Positions 29,715 through 39,025 of a stretch of 64,000 nucleotides of DNA are shown piece after piece (positions within the stretch are counted from its first letter, which is position 1; each line of letters opens with the position of its first letter). A model generated the notes under the pieces. That model was not told the DNA's origin, did no database searches, and was given only the letters and a program-made list of their open reading frames with translations. The translations under genes were made by a program, and so were the position numbers. This DNA comes from Minisyncoccota bacterium (lineage in GTDB: Bacteria > Patescibacteriota > Minisyncoccia > Phycocordibacterales > UBA2100): assembly GCA_035500505.1 (NCBI GenBank), contig DATJXE010000005.1, positions 318 to 64,317 on the forward strand. Reading direction: 5' to 3'.

Positions 29715-29921
29715 TTAGTTCCTCCTCGTGATCCGGGCACGACCGCCGTACGGATCCAGTTGAAGCTGGACCTTGTCGCCGACGAGCACTTTGATCCGGT
29801 GCAGACGCATTTTGCCGGCCAGGTACGCGAGGACGATCTCGCCGGTCTCGAGCTTCACGCGAAATAAGGTGTTGGGAAGCGCCTCTTCGACGATTCCTTC
29901 CACGACCTCTTCGGGTGCCAT
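29715..29921 (-). CDS. infA: translation initiation factor IF-1
   Basis: Trimmed to [39 protein letters not shown] (S1-like OB fold). Confidence 0.9.
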   Translation of the reverse strand: MAPEEVVEGIVEEALPNTLFRVKLETGEIVLAYLAGKMRLHRIKVLVGDKVQLQLDPYGGRARITRRN

Positions 29922-29974
29922 ATCTGCGCGAACCACAATAGCAGCAAGCCTGTCAGGAGTCAAGAAACGCGGCC

Positions 29975-31405
29975 TTATTGTGCGACCGTAGGAGCCACGA
30001 TGACCACTTTGATATCAGCAGGGTTGGACGGGAACGACGTCTTCCAGAACGGCTCGATGCGGGAGTGCGCCTCCTGTATGCCGGGGAAACTGCCCGTTAT
30101 GGTGCCGAACGCGTTCTGGTCGTGTCCCGCGAGCGCGCGAGCAAGCGCCTGCGCGTCCACTTGCCAGACCAAGGTCGCGGTCCCGGAGAGCGTGAAGTTG
30201 AGCGGAGCAGTGCCGAGCGTCGAGGAACTCTCGTCGGGCGATGTCGCCGAGAAGCCCTGTCCTTCCACGAGCGAGAGCGGTACGCCGTCGGAGTTTTCGC
30301 CCACCGTGAGCGCGATCGCCTGACTGAACGAATTGGCATCGAACACCGGCGTTTGAATGTGCGCCGCTTCATTGACCTGCACGCTGCCGCTCGCGGCGCT
30401 CGTTTGCGGCAAGTCTTGGTACGAGATCTGGATGAGCTGCGGAAGGATGACGGTGGTCGTGCCGCTTTGCGCGCTTGCAGCGGCTTGCGCTTTTTGCGCG
30501 AGTTGCGCGCGGAGCGCCGACTGCGCATTGGAAAGCGTGGTCGGGTCCACCGCGGGTTGCTGTCCAGAGAATCCGCCGGTCGTCGAAGCGGTCGACTGTG
30601 CGTAGACGTTGGAGTACATGGCCGGCGTAGATTGGAGGCCGGGGATGGTGAAGCGCGAGACGGGGCCGATATTGTATTGATCGCCGGATTGATCGGCAAA
30701 GACGGTCACCGAAACATGGCCTGGCGTCGAGCCGCTCTTCCCGGGGATGACAATGGCATCCGGCACGCGGAAAATGAGACCGGAAGGTGTCGCGAAGCGG
30801 GTGTTGGCTATGAGTTTGACCGGAGCGGATGAGTAGTCGTTGTAGACGGTAACGGTGCCTTGCGCTTTCGTGTCTACCTGCTGCATCGCGCCGGCGGAAA
30901 CCGTCTGTGAAGCCTGTAGGTCGGAGTTGATGAGCGTGTAGGCGAGCGTGCCGGTCGCGGCGGTCGCCGCAGGGTATGCGGTGAATTGCGACGTCTGGTC
31001 GAACACGATCGTGTGCGAGCGCGGCGTGACCGTGATGGTCGTCTTTCTGAGCGCGAAGAGCGCCAGCCCCGCCAGCACGAGAACAACGACGAGGGCGATG
31101 CCCCACAGCCACCACGAACGGCCGCTTCCGGTCCTGCGAGGCTTCGGCGGAAGCTGCTGGACGCCGAAATTGGAAGGGTCGCGGACGTCGTTGACCGACG
31201 GCCGCACAGGGCGCGAGCGGCGCTCCGGACTGTCTATGCTTATATTGCGTATGCTCCTCTCCATGGAGGGGTCATCCATTTCCGCTTCCGGTTCGGGAGC
31301 CGGCTGCACCGGCATTTTGCGCGGCTGCTGCGAAGCTCCTTGGCGCGAAGGACGCGGAGCGCTCCCTTCCGGCGGCACGATATCCTGAAAATAATCTTTT
31401 GCCAT
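29975..31405 (-). CDS. hypothetical bitopic membrane protein with a disordered N-terminus and a large extracytoplasmic domain
   Basis: About 100 aa of low-complexity cytoplasmic tail, one TM ([20 protein letters not shown]), then a roughly 350-aa S/T/Q-rich domain. Confidence 0.55.
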   Translation of the reverse strand: MAKDYFQDIVPPEGSAPRPSRQGASQQPRKMPVQPAPEPEAEMDDPSMERSIRNISIDSPERRSRPVRPSVNDVRDPSNFGVQQLPPKPRRTGSGRSWWLWGIALVVVLVLAGLALFALRKTTITVTPRSHTIVFDQTSQFTAYPAATAATGTLAYTLINSDLQASQTVSAGAMQQVDTKAQGTVTVYNDYSSAPVKLIANTRFATPSGLIFRVPDAIVIPGKSGSTPGHVSVTVFADQSGDQYNIGPVSRFTIPGLQSTPAMYSNVYAQSTASTTGGFSGQQPAVDPTTLSNAQSALRAQLAQKAQAAASAQSGTTTVILPQLIQISYQDLPQTSAASGSVQVNEAAHIQTPVFDANSFSQAIALTVGENSDGVPLSLVEGQGFSATSPDESSSTLGTAPLNFTLSGTATLVWQVDAQALARALAGHDQNAFGTITGSFPGIQEAHSRIEPFWKTSFPSNPADIKVVIVAPTVAQ

Positions 31406-31441
31406 AAAACGAAAGTATACCACGCACGGGTGCGGCAGAAC

Positions 31442-32581
31442 CTAGGAATCCGACTCGATGTTGACAAGCGCACAGCCCAACGCAAGGCCCGTGTCCGCGA
31501 AAGAACTCGGAATTTGTGCGACCGGCAACAATTCCCCTGCGGATAGCGATGTGACCGCGAAAGGCTGGGCCGTCGCGGTGAATTGCGTGAAGTCGATGCG
31601 CGAAAAGAAGCGCGAAAGCCAGCGCGAAAGTTGCGAGGGCGCCAGCAGTACCAACGTCTCGGGAAGTTTGCGTGAACCCGAGAGTTTCGCGAACGTTTCG
31701 CCGAATATGTGGGCGAGCTCCGGCTCGAATTTGGCGACTGCCTGTTCAAGCTCGTTCGCCGCATCCGACTCGCTCTGTTGTCTTTCGATCATATCGAGAA
31801 GGGCGACCGTTTCTTCGACCGGCTTTCCCTTCGCGAGACTCGATGCGATCTGACGAACTCCCTGCGGGATGGAGTCGCGGCCTTCGAGAATGCCTTTGCG
31901 CACGGAAATGAGGTCGGTCGCCTCGCCGCCGACTTCGACGATGAGGTAACTGCCGTCGCCGAGGAGCCGCTTCGCCACCGAGAGCGCGGCGCGTGCGCCC
32001 GAACGCCAGATCACCGGCGTCCCCGGTAGGAATTTTCCGAGAACTTCTTTGGCGCCGTTTTGCACCTGCTGGTCGCAGTCGCTCATGAGCGTGAAGACGC
32101 GTATCGTCTCGGCCCGTTTCCCCGCCGGCTCTTCGGTCGCGTAGCCGTTCAAAAGGACCCGAACAACGTTGGCCTCGAACATGGCGCTCGCGTCGATCTT
32201 TTTTTGGTCGGCAAGGGCCTGCTTGGCGAGACCGGAGATCATCGCATCGGTGATGGTCGCTTCGCGTTTCAACTCTCCGAGCGCCGCTCCCGCGAAGGAG
32301 TGCGTCCACGGCGCGCCGACGACACAATAAGACGAAGAGATGCGCGGGCCTTTTTGTGCCGCATATTCCGTGAGTGCTTTTTCGCAAGCGGTCGAGAGGG
32401 CCTGGACGACGCCCGTCGCGAGCGCGTTATCGGAACGATTTTCGAACGGCAGGCTCTCGCGCGCGAACGCATAGAGTTGCGGCGCGCGTCCTGTTCTGAA
32501 AACGGCGAAGCCTGCGCTCGCGCTTCCGATATCCGCAACGGCGACGACCTTGCCGCCCAAACTCGTTCCCATGCCAAACAT
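31442..32581 (-). CDS. ASKHA (actin-like ATPase) fold protein, Ppx/GppA- or PilM/FtsA-like
   Basis: KVVAVADIGSASAGFAVF is phosphate-1-like. IVEVGGEATDLISV is phosphate-2-like. About 380 aa. Confidence 0.5.
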   Translation of the reverse strand: MFGMGTSLGGKVVAVADIGSASAGFAVFRTGRAPQLYAFARESLPFENRSDNALATGVVQALSTACEKALTEYAAQKGPRISSSYCVVGAPWTHSFAGAALGELKREATITDAMISGLAKQALADQKKIDASAMFEANVVRVLLNGYATEEPAGKRAETIRVFTLMSDCDQQVQNGAKEVLGKFLPGTPVIWRSGARAALSVAKRLLGDGSYLIVEVGGEATDLISVRKGILEGRDSIPQGVRQIASSLAKGKPVEETVALLDMIERQQSESDAANELEQAVAKFEPELAHIFGETFAKLSGSRKLPETLVLLAPSQLSRWLSRFFSRIDFTQFTATAQPFAVTSLSAGELLPVAQIPSSFADTGLALGCALVNIESDS

Positions 32582-32630
32582 CCGCCCTATTGTATCACCC
32601 ACGTTCGTCGGGCAGAGAGCAAGCGTGGTA

Positions 32631-34547
32631 TTACAAAATGACCGCTTTTATTCTTCGGATCCCCGATGCGACCGCCTCCTCTTTCTGTATCTTGAACACT
32701 CCGGTAAGTTCGCGCGTGTTGGAGACGTGCGGTCCGCCGCAAAATTCTATCGAGAAGGCATCTGCGAACATCGGATCTTTCTCGGTCGCGCCCTTTGGTC
32801 CGACGGAATAGACGGATACGACATCCGGGTACTTCGCGCCGAATTCGTGCTCGGCGCCGAGCGTTTCGGCTTTCTCCTTGGGCAGTGTTGAGCGGATAAC
32901 CGGTAATTCCTCTTTTATTTTCTCGTTGACGATGCGCTCCGCTTCGGCGATCTGCTCTTTGGTCATTTTCGTGCCGTATGAAAAGTCGATGCGCAGGCGT
33001 TCTTGGGTGATGTTGGACCCCCTTTGGTGCACTTCGGCCCCGAGCACAAGCTGGAGCGCTTTCAGCAACAGGTGGTGCGCGGTGTGCAGGCGCGTCGTCT
33101 TTTCCGAAGTGTCGGCGAGACCGCCTTTGAATTTCTGCTCGCTCCCGGCGCGTGAGAGCTCCTGGTGCCGTTTCATTTCCGTTTTGAATCCTTCGACATC
33201 GACGTCTATCCCCCGCTCGGTGGCGAGCTCGAGCGTCATCTCGAACGGAAATCCGTACGTCGTGAAAAGGGTGAACGCTTCCGAAGGCTCGATGTGGCCG
33301 GTCGCCGCGACTTTCTCGAATTCCTTCATACCGTGTTCGAGGGTCTTGCTGAACTGTTTTTCCTCGTTCCAGATCTCTTTGGTTATCGTCTCGTACGCCT
33401 CTTCGCTCGCGAGTTCCGTATACGCCTGCTTGTACTTCTCAATGACGATGATGGCGCATCGATTGAGGAGGCTTTCTTCTTCCTGGTCCTGCTGCGCGCC
33501 GATCTTCAACGCATGCTGCGAGGCGCGGCGGATGAGGCGGCGCAGCACGTAGCCGCGCTCGGTGTTGGAAGGCCTCACGCCATCGCCGAGCATCATCGTC
33601 GCGGCGCGCATGTGGTCGGCGATGATGCGGAATGAACGGCGGTAGCGCGAATCGTTGTAGGACTTACCGGAGAAATGTTCAAGGAGCGCTATCATATCGG
33701 AGAACACGTCTATCGAAAAAACATCCGGGTTCTTTTCCGAAGCCGCGGCGATGCGCTCCAACCCCCCGCCGAAATCGACGTTCGCCTTGGGAAGAAGCGC
33801 GAACGAGCCGTCCTCTTTTTTGATGTACTGCATGAACACCGAATTTCCTATTTCGAGGAACCGGCCGCAATCGCAGTTGGGATGACACTGCGCACCGTAT
33901 TTCTCGTCGTGCGGCGTACCGAAGTCGTAGAACACTTCCGAATCAGGTCCCCCAGGTTCTCCCGCCGGCATCTTCTCCGGCGTACCAGCACGACTCCACC
34001 AGTTCTTTTTGGCGTCGTAGTAGAAGATGCGGCCGTCTTGCATGCCGAGGCGATATCCATCTTCTTCGCTGCCAATGACGACATCTTTGGCATCTATGCC
34101 CTTGTTGGCGAACAACTCCTTCCAGATGCCCGCCGATTCGGTGTCACGCGGCACGCCATTGTTTTCATCTCCGATGAAAACGGTCACGTACAAACGGTTC
34201 GCGTCGATGCCGACCTCGTCGGTGAGAAATCCGAAAAACCACGGAAGCTGATCTTTCTTGAAGTAGTCGCCGAGCGACCAGTTACCAAGCATCTCGAAGA
34301 ACGTCGTATGGCGGTTGTCCCCCACTTCGTCGATATCTTCGGCACGAAAACTTTTTTGACTATCGACCAATCGATTCCCTTTCGGATGCGGCTCTCCGAG
34401 CAGATACGGTATCAGCGGCTGCATGCCGGAACCCGTAAAAAGGGTCGTTGGGTCATTCTGCGGCACAAGCGATGCGCTCGGAATGATGGTATGTCCGCGG
34501 GCTTGGAAGAATTTCAGGTATTTTGAGCGTATCTCGTTGATAGTCAT
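32631..34547 (-). CDS. alaS: alanyl-tRNA synthetase, short form (about 638 aa) with editing domain but no C-Ala domain
   Basis: Trimmed to MTINEIRSKYLKFFQARGH. Class II catalytic core is present. Editing-domain motifs HTAHHLL and CGGPH are retained. It ends about 230 aa short of canonical AlaRS. Confidence 0.9.
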   Translation of the reverse strand: MTINEIRSKYLKFFQARGHTIIPSASLVPQNDPTTLFTGSGMQPLIPYLLGEPHPKGNRLVDSQKSFRAEDIDEVGDNRHTTFFEMLGNWSLGDYFKKDQLPWFFGFLTDEVGIDANRLYVTVFIGDENNGVPRDTESAGIWKELFANKGIDAKDVVIGSEEDGYRLGMQDGRIFYYDAKKNWWSRAGTPEKMPAGEPGGPDSEVFYDFGTPHDEKYGAQCHPNCDCGRFLEIGNSVFMQYIKKEDGSFALLPKANVDFGGGLERIAAASEKNPDVFSIDVFSDMIALLEHFSGKSYNDSRYRRSFRIIADHMRAATMMLGDGVRPSNTERGYVLRRLIRRASQHALKIGAQQDQEEESLLNRCAIIVIEKYKQAYTELASEEAYETITKEIWNEEKQFSKTLEHGMKEFEKVAATGHIEPSEAFTLFTTYGFPFEMTLELATERGIDVDVEGFKTEMKRHQELSRAGSEQKFKGGLADTSEKTTRLHTAHHLLLKALQLVLGAEVHQRGSNITQERLRIDFSYGTKMTKEQIAEAERIVNEKIKEELPVIRSTLPKEKAETLGAEHEFGAKYPDVVSVYSVGPKGATEKDPMFADAFSIEFCGGPHVSNTRELTGVFKIQKEEAVASGIRRIKAVIL

Positions 34548-34666
34548 TCGCATAAAAGTAACGTGTTTTGCGAAAAAAGAAAGGTCGTATCTCCCCTCAT
34601 ATTGCGAGAATTTGCCGATAACGTAGGCGTGTGGCATAGTCCTGTCGAGCGCAATTTACGAAAGGA

Positions 34667-35071
34667 GTGACGCTCATGACAGAGTTCTCATTCAGCGGGA
34701 TGGCACAGATCGTTCTCCCGGCCCTGACCAAGTTCTTGAAGAATAATCAGGTCTCCCCCGAAATGGTCGACAAGTGCCTGGACATCGGATCTTTCGACCT
34801 GCCCGAGGTTGATGCCGAGGCACCGGAGATGCGCGGCAAGTTCCTCAAACAGGTCAAGGCGAAGCTTCGGAGAGCTTTGTCTTCGACGGCTGTGGAGAAG
34901 CTCACGGTCAACCAGGTATTGGCTCTGGCGCTGATCGAAAACGATCACCCGTACGAACGAGCCGCGCAGATCTGCGCCTGCCAGGTCGGCACGATCAAAT
35001 CAAGGGTCAGCCGCGCTCGGTGGGTGCTGAACCCCGAAGCGATGAGGGTTCGCGTGCACAAGAAGAAGTAG
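34667..35071 (+). CDS. small protein carrying only a sigma-70 region-4-like HTH
   Basis: LTVNQVLALALIENDHPYERAAQICACQVGTIKSRVSRARWVL resembles region 4.2. No region 2 is present. Confidence 0.45.
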   Translation: MTLMTEFSFSGMAQIVLPALTKFLKNNQVSPEMVDKCLDIGSFDLPEVDAEAPEMRGKFLKQVKAKLRRALSSTAVEKLTVNQVLALALIENDHPYERAAQICACQVGTIKSRVSRARWVLNPEAMRVRVHKKK

Positions 35072-35162
35072 CCGACGTGCGGCTTTGAAACCCCTCCTGT
35101 GGCTCCGGCTGCAGGAGGTTCCTTGTTGCCTCTGAATACATCAGGAGCTACTATGCGCCGCG

Positions 35163-36434
35163 ATGCAGTACGAACTACACACATTAAAGAACGGTCTGCG
35201 CATCGTGCTCGCGCCGATGGAAGGCACGGAGACGGCGACAGTGGTCGTTATGACCGGTACCGGCTCGCGGTATGAGACGGCAAAGGAGAACGGGCTTGCG
35301 CACTTTTTGGAGCACATGTTCTTCAAGGGCACAAAGAAACGCAAAGGGGCGCTTGCGATAAGCGAAGAACTCGACGGGGTCGGCGCCGTCTACAACGCCT
35401 TCACGGCGAAGGACAGAACGGCCTATTGGGCGAAAGTGAGCGCACAGTATCTCGACACGGCGCTCGATGTCGTTTTCGACATTTCACTCAACTCGACACT
35501 GCCGGAAAAAGAGATAGACAAGGAGCGCGGTGCCATCATCCAAGAGATAGACATGTACGAAGACATGCCAATGCGCACGGTAGACGATGTCTTCGAAAAA
35601 CTTTTCTTTGGTGCCGAACACCCGCTGGGTCGCACCATTCTGGGGCCGAAGGAAAATATCCGGGCTTTTACGCGCGCGAATTTCGCAAGCTATCACAAGC
35701 GGCAATACACGCCGGCCAATACCGTCGTCGCCATCGCAGGCTCTTTTGATAAGAAGAAAGTCCTGGCCAAGATCGAAAAGGAGTTCGGCTCCCTCAAGAA
35801 ATCTAAGTCCTCAAAGGCACTGTCTTTTGCGGCGAAGCAAACGGAGTCTCGGGTCTCCATAAAAGAAAAGAAGACCGATCAAACACAACTCATTCTTGGC
35901 GTTCCGGCGTATCCATACCTGCACAAAGATGAATACGCACTCGCGGTGCTTTCGACGATACTGGGTGGCGGCATGTCGAGCCGACTTTTTATCGAAGTGC
36001 GCGAGAAGCGCGGGCTCGCCTACTCGGTGCATTCGTGGGCAGAAAAATACCCGGACACCGGCTACTTTGCGGTGCAGGCGGGTGTTGAGCACGGAAAGCT
36101 GGAGAAAACCGTCGAAACTGTTCTTGCCGAGTTCAAGAAAATAAAGGCGAAGAAGGTCTCTACAGCAGAGCTGAAGAAGGCCAAGGCCTACCTCAAAGGC
36201 ACAACGACTCTCTCGCTCGAAACCAGCGACGAAATAGCCGAAAAGGCCGCCACCTCCCTCATCGTCATGGGCAAGGTCCGCACGCTCGAAGAACGCCTCA
36301 AGGGGATCGATAAAGTCACTGCAGCCGACGTCCAGCGCGTTGCAAAAGATATCCTCAAGACAGAGCGGCTCAATCTCGCCATCATCGGCCCGCATGTCCA
36401 CAGCGATACGTTACATTCACTTCTCCGACTCTAA
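35163..36434 (+). CDS. M16-family zinc peptidase (pitrilysin-like)
   Basis: Inverted zinc motif HFLEHMFFKGT (HxxEH). 423 aa. Confidence 0.85.
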   Translation: MQYELHTLKNGLRIVLAPMEGTETATVVVMTGTGSRYETAKENGLAHFLEHMFFKGTKKRKGALAISEELDGVGAVYNAFTAKDRTAYWAKVSAQYLDTALDVVFDISLNSTLPEKEIDKERGAIIQEIDMYEDMPMRTVDDVFEKLFFGAEHPLGRTILGPKENIRAFTRANFASYHKRQYTPANTVVAIAGSFDKKKVLAKIEKEFGSLKKSKSSKALSFAAKQTESRVSIKEKKTDQTQLILGVPAYPYLHKDEYALAVLSTILGGGMSSRLFIEVREKRGLAYSVHSWAEKYPDTGYFAVQAGVEHGKLEKTVETVLAEFKKIKAKKVSTAELKKAKAYLKGTTTLSLETSDEIAEKAATSLIVMGKVRTLEERLKGIDKVTAADVQRVAKDILKTERLNLAIIGPHVHSDTLHSLLRL

Positions 36435-36522
36435 CGGTTTGCAACCAAAAAAGACTGTGTTACGTTGAAGCCCGCCCGGGCCCCCTGCCAAAGACGGAGC
36501 ACCGTCCGTGTACTTCCCCATC

Positions 36523-36681
36523 ATGACGCTACTGACGTCGGTGGGATCTACTCTCGTCGCCGTCGTCAACTTCGAACCAAGCACGCTCTCTCTTTGCTTA
36601 GCGCTCGCGTGTTTGATCTTGAGCGGTTTGGTCATCATCTCCGATATGAGTTCCCTCCCGAACCAGTCGGGGGTCGACTGA
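36523..36681 (+). CDS. possible 52-aa hydrophobic small protein
   Basis: Manual translation gives MTLLTSVGSTLVAVVNFEPSTLSLCLALACLILSGLVIISDMSSLPNQSGVD*. A strong hairpin follows immediately. Confidence 0.25.
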   Translation: MTLLTSVGSTLVAVVNFEPSTLSLCLALACLILSGLVIISDMSSLPNQSGVD

Positions 36682-36685
36682 CCAA

Positions 36686-36713
36686 GGCGGCCGGGCTTTC
36701 GAGCCCGGCCGCC
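36686..36713. terminator. GC-rich hairpin, likely bidirectional terminator
   Basis: GGCGGCCGGGCT-TTCG-AGCCCGGCCGCC is a 12-bp stem with a tetraloop. It sits 12 nt past the ung stop on the minus strand. Confidence 0.5.
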
Positions 36714-36724
36714 ACTCATTTTGA

Positions 36725-37408
36725 TCATAACCAATCAATCGGCTTTTTGTCGTGCGCGATCAGATATTCGTTGGTTTTGCTGAACGGTTTGGAACCGAAA
36801 AAGCCATGGTGGGCAGACAGGGGCGAGGGATGCGCGCTCTCGATTATTTCGTGCTTGGACCAGTCGATAAGGTTGCCTTTTGACTTTGCATAGTTGCCCC
36901 AGAGGATGAACACGAGATTTTCTTTCTTATCCGAAAGTGTTCGAATGACCGCGTCGGTGAACTTTTCCCAACCCTTTCCTTGATGCGAGTTGGCTTTGTG
37001 CGCCTGTACGGTGAGCGTCGCGTTCAAAAGGAGTACGCCTTGTTTGGCCCACCGCTCCAAGTCCCCCTTCTTCGCCAAGGCTTCGAAGGGCACGCCCGTA
37101 TCGTCCGACAGCTCCTTGAATATATTTATTAAAGAGGGAGGTAAACGCTGTCCGTTGTTCACCGCAAAACAAAGTCCATTTGCTTGCCCTGGCCCGTGGT
37201 AGGGATCCTGACCGAGGATAACGACTTCGACGTTGTTGAACGGTGTGAGCTCGAACGCGCGGAAAATATTCTTCGGCGCCGGGTAGATGATGGCGTGCTG
37301 ATACTCGCTTTTGACGAACTCACGCAAGGCCTTGAAATACTCTTTCCCGAACTCTTCCTGCAAAACCTTTTTCCACGACGCTTCCATTTTTACGTCGTCC
37401 TCAGCCAT
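36725..37408 (-). CDS. ung: uracil-DNA glycosylase, family 1
   Basis: ILGQDPYHGPGQANGLCFAV and HPSPLSA are the UDG family-1 motifs. Confidence 0.9.
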   Translation of the reverse strand: MAEDDVKMEASWKKVLQEEFGKEYFKALREFVKSEYQHAIIYPAPKNIFRAFELTPFNNVEVVILGQDPYHGPGQANGLCFAVNNGQRLPPSLINIFKELSDDTGVPFEALAKKGDLERWAKQGVLLLNATLTVQAHKANSHQGKGWEKFTDAVIRTLSDKKENLVFILWGNYAKSKGNLIDWSKHEIIESAHPSPLSAHHGFFGSKPFSKTNEYLIAHDKKPIDWL

Positions 37409-37414
37409 ACCCGT

Positions 37415-37669
37415 TTATCTGGCTCCTTCCTCGAACAACAGTTCCTGTTTCCGCGCGACGCCACCGCGGTTGTACCCGCGCATGGTGCCGTCGCTCGCGA
37501 TGACGCGGTGGCACGGTATCGACGGATCGTAGTTGGTGCGCATGATGGCGCCAACGGCTCGTGCGGCTTTGGGGTTGCCGGCTTTTTCGGCGACTTCCTT
37601 GTAGGTCATCGTCTTGCCCTTGGGGATCTTCCGGACGATATCGCGCACTTTGTCTCTAAACGCTTTCAT
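37415..37669 (-). CDS. ogt: methylated-DNA--protein-cysteine methyltransferase, stand-alone catalytic DNA-binding domain (84 aa)
   Basis: Trimmed to MKAFRDKV. Active-site motif PCHRVI is present. Its start overlaps the upstream nuclease stop by 4 nt. Confidence 0.75.
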   Translation of the reverse strand: MKAFRDKVRDIVRKIPKGKTMTYKEVAEKAGNPKAARAVGAIMRTNYDPSIPCHRVIASDGTMRGYNRGGVARKQELLFEEGAR

Positions 37670-38478
37670 ATGCCGAGTGTACCAGAACCCGCCGCCTTTT
37701 TCACGACCCTTTTTTTCGCCACGCGTGCCTGCAATTCTTTTCCCGCCGCTTCGCGGTAGCCGCAGTATTCGCAGGTCGGATTTGCGGCGGGGACTTCCTC
37801 GCCTCGCAAGCAATCATTCATCTTGAGAACAAGCGGTTCTATCCAACTCGTGTCTCCCTTGTGCGGAATGACCTTCACGTCGAACTCGAGCTTGCCGTCA
37901 AAGGAAGGCGCTTCGGAATTGCCGTTCACGTATACGAAATAAGCAATGTCGGAGACCTTCTCGCCGATGCCGCGCAAGAGCCATTGGTAGATCTCGACTT
38001 GTCGCTTGTAGCCCTGCTGCCAATAGCCGTCGATGGTCACTTCGTCTTTCTTGCTCGTTGCTTTGTAGTCGACGACATGGAGCGCGCCTTCGGGCGTTAC
38101 CCAGACATCGTCGAGGCCGCCGCGCAATATAAGATTGGTCGGCTTGTGGTGGTACTGCACGCCCCGGCGAAGCGCGTCGCGCCACTCTTCCATCCGCGAA
38201 TCTTTCAAGGGAACCGCGTCTATTTTGTACGCCTTCATGAGAGGGTGCGCGCTTCCCTTCGCGCGGTGAATGTCGAACTCTCGCTTGAGGAGTTCATCGA
38301 CGGCGTTGTTGAGGGAGAACGCCGGGAACGACGTGCGCGGGATGCCGAGACGCTGATCGAGATAGAAACAGCGCGGACACTCGTGGAAGAGATCTATCTT
38401 GCTGCGGCTCAAGCGGTAGGGCTCCTCGGAATTCGGATCAAAAAGTCCTCTCGTGCGCTTCTGGTACCCTTTCGGCAT
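37666..38478 (-). CDS. PD-(D/E)XK nuclease, Cas4/RecB-like, with a probable 4-Cys Fe-S cluster
   Basis: Trimmed to MPKGYQKRTRGLF at 38478. The N-terminal Cys is in HECPRCFY. The core reads DDVWVT....VVDYKAT (D..E/DxK). The C-terminus carries CEYCGY. Confidence 0.7.
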   Translation of the reverse strand: MPKGYQKRTRGLFDPNSEEPYRLSRSKIDLFHECPRCFYLDQRLGIPRTSFPAFSLNNAVDELLKREFDIHRAKGSAHPLMKAYKIDAVPLKDSRMEEWRDALRRGVQYHHKPTNLILRGGLDDVWVTPEGALHVVDYKATSKKDEVTIDGYWQQGYKRQVEIYQWLLRGIGEKVSDIAYFVYVNGNSEAPSFDGKLEFDVKVIPHKGDTSWIEPLVLKMNDCLRGEEVPAANPTCEYCGYREAAGKELQARVAKKRVVKKAAGSGTLGI

Positions 38479-39007
38479 GGGGCGAGTATACCATTTCACT
38501 CGCCGAGTGCGGCATTTTTCCGCTGTCTCCGTTGCCTTCGTGGAGCTCGAACCAGTGCTTGAACCTGTTCTCCACGTACCACATGCCGGTGAATGCGATG
38601 AGTGCGAGTATCGTCGCGAACACGGCGACCGCGTACATGCCAAAGCCCACCGCCATGCCGACGGCGGTCACTATCCAAAGGCCCGCAGCCGTCGTGATGC
38701 CGTGCACCGTATCTCCGCGGAAAATGATGAGGCCCGCGCCGATGAAGCCGATGCCTGTCGCGACACCGGCGGCAAGCTGCAGGGGCTGGAAATTAACAAC
38801 GCCGAGATAGGCGGAGTCGACGTAATTGGACATGACGATGAATAGGCACGCTGCGAGTCCGACAAGCGCGAATGTGCGCGTACCGGCGGGTTGTCTCGCG
38901 AGCACGGCGCGCTCGGTGCCGATGACGCCGCCGAGGATGAGCGCGAGAATGAGCTTCACGAACATGATGGTCGTGGTATCAACGAAAAGTTCCGGGCCGG
39001 TTGGCAT
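38438..39007 (-). CDS. mgtC: MgtC/SapB-family membrane protein
   Basis: FVKLILALILGGVIGTERAVLARQPAGTRTFALVGLAACLFIV is the MgtC signature. Confidence 0.8.
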   Translation of the reverse strand: MPTGPELFVDTTTIMFVKLILALILGGVIGTERAVLARQPAGTRTFALVGLAACLFIVMSNYVDSAYLGVVNFQPLQLAAGVATGIGFIGAGLIIFRGDTVHGITTAAGLWIVTAVGMAVGFGMYAVAVFATILALIAFTGMWYVENRFKHWFELHEGNGDSGKMPHSASEMVYSPHAERVPEAHERTF

Positions 39008-39025
39008 GCAAGAATTATACCATCG

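Noticed and set aside
30097-31115. Minus-strand ORFs 30097..30699 and 30369..31115, and plus-strand ORF 29978..30832
   Set aside because: Alternative frames inside the 29975..31405 membrane-protein gene. Arg-rich with no motifs.
36417-36893. ORFs 36417..36734(-) and 36465..36893(+)
   Set aside because: They span the spacer containing the 12-bp-stem hairpin and overlap the ung 3' end. No motifs. Only the short 36523..36681 reading frame is kept, as a low-confidence candidate.
38438-38478. 41-nt overlap between the mgtC stop and the Cas4-like nuclease start
   Set aside because: Not treated as a frameshift or fusion. The MgtC signature ends cleanly. The overlap may simply reflect an alternative, non-ATG, downstream start for the nuclease. 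This is noted as uncertainty rather than a feature.
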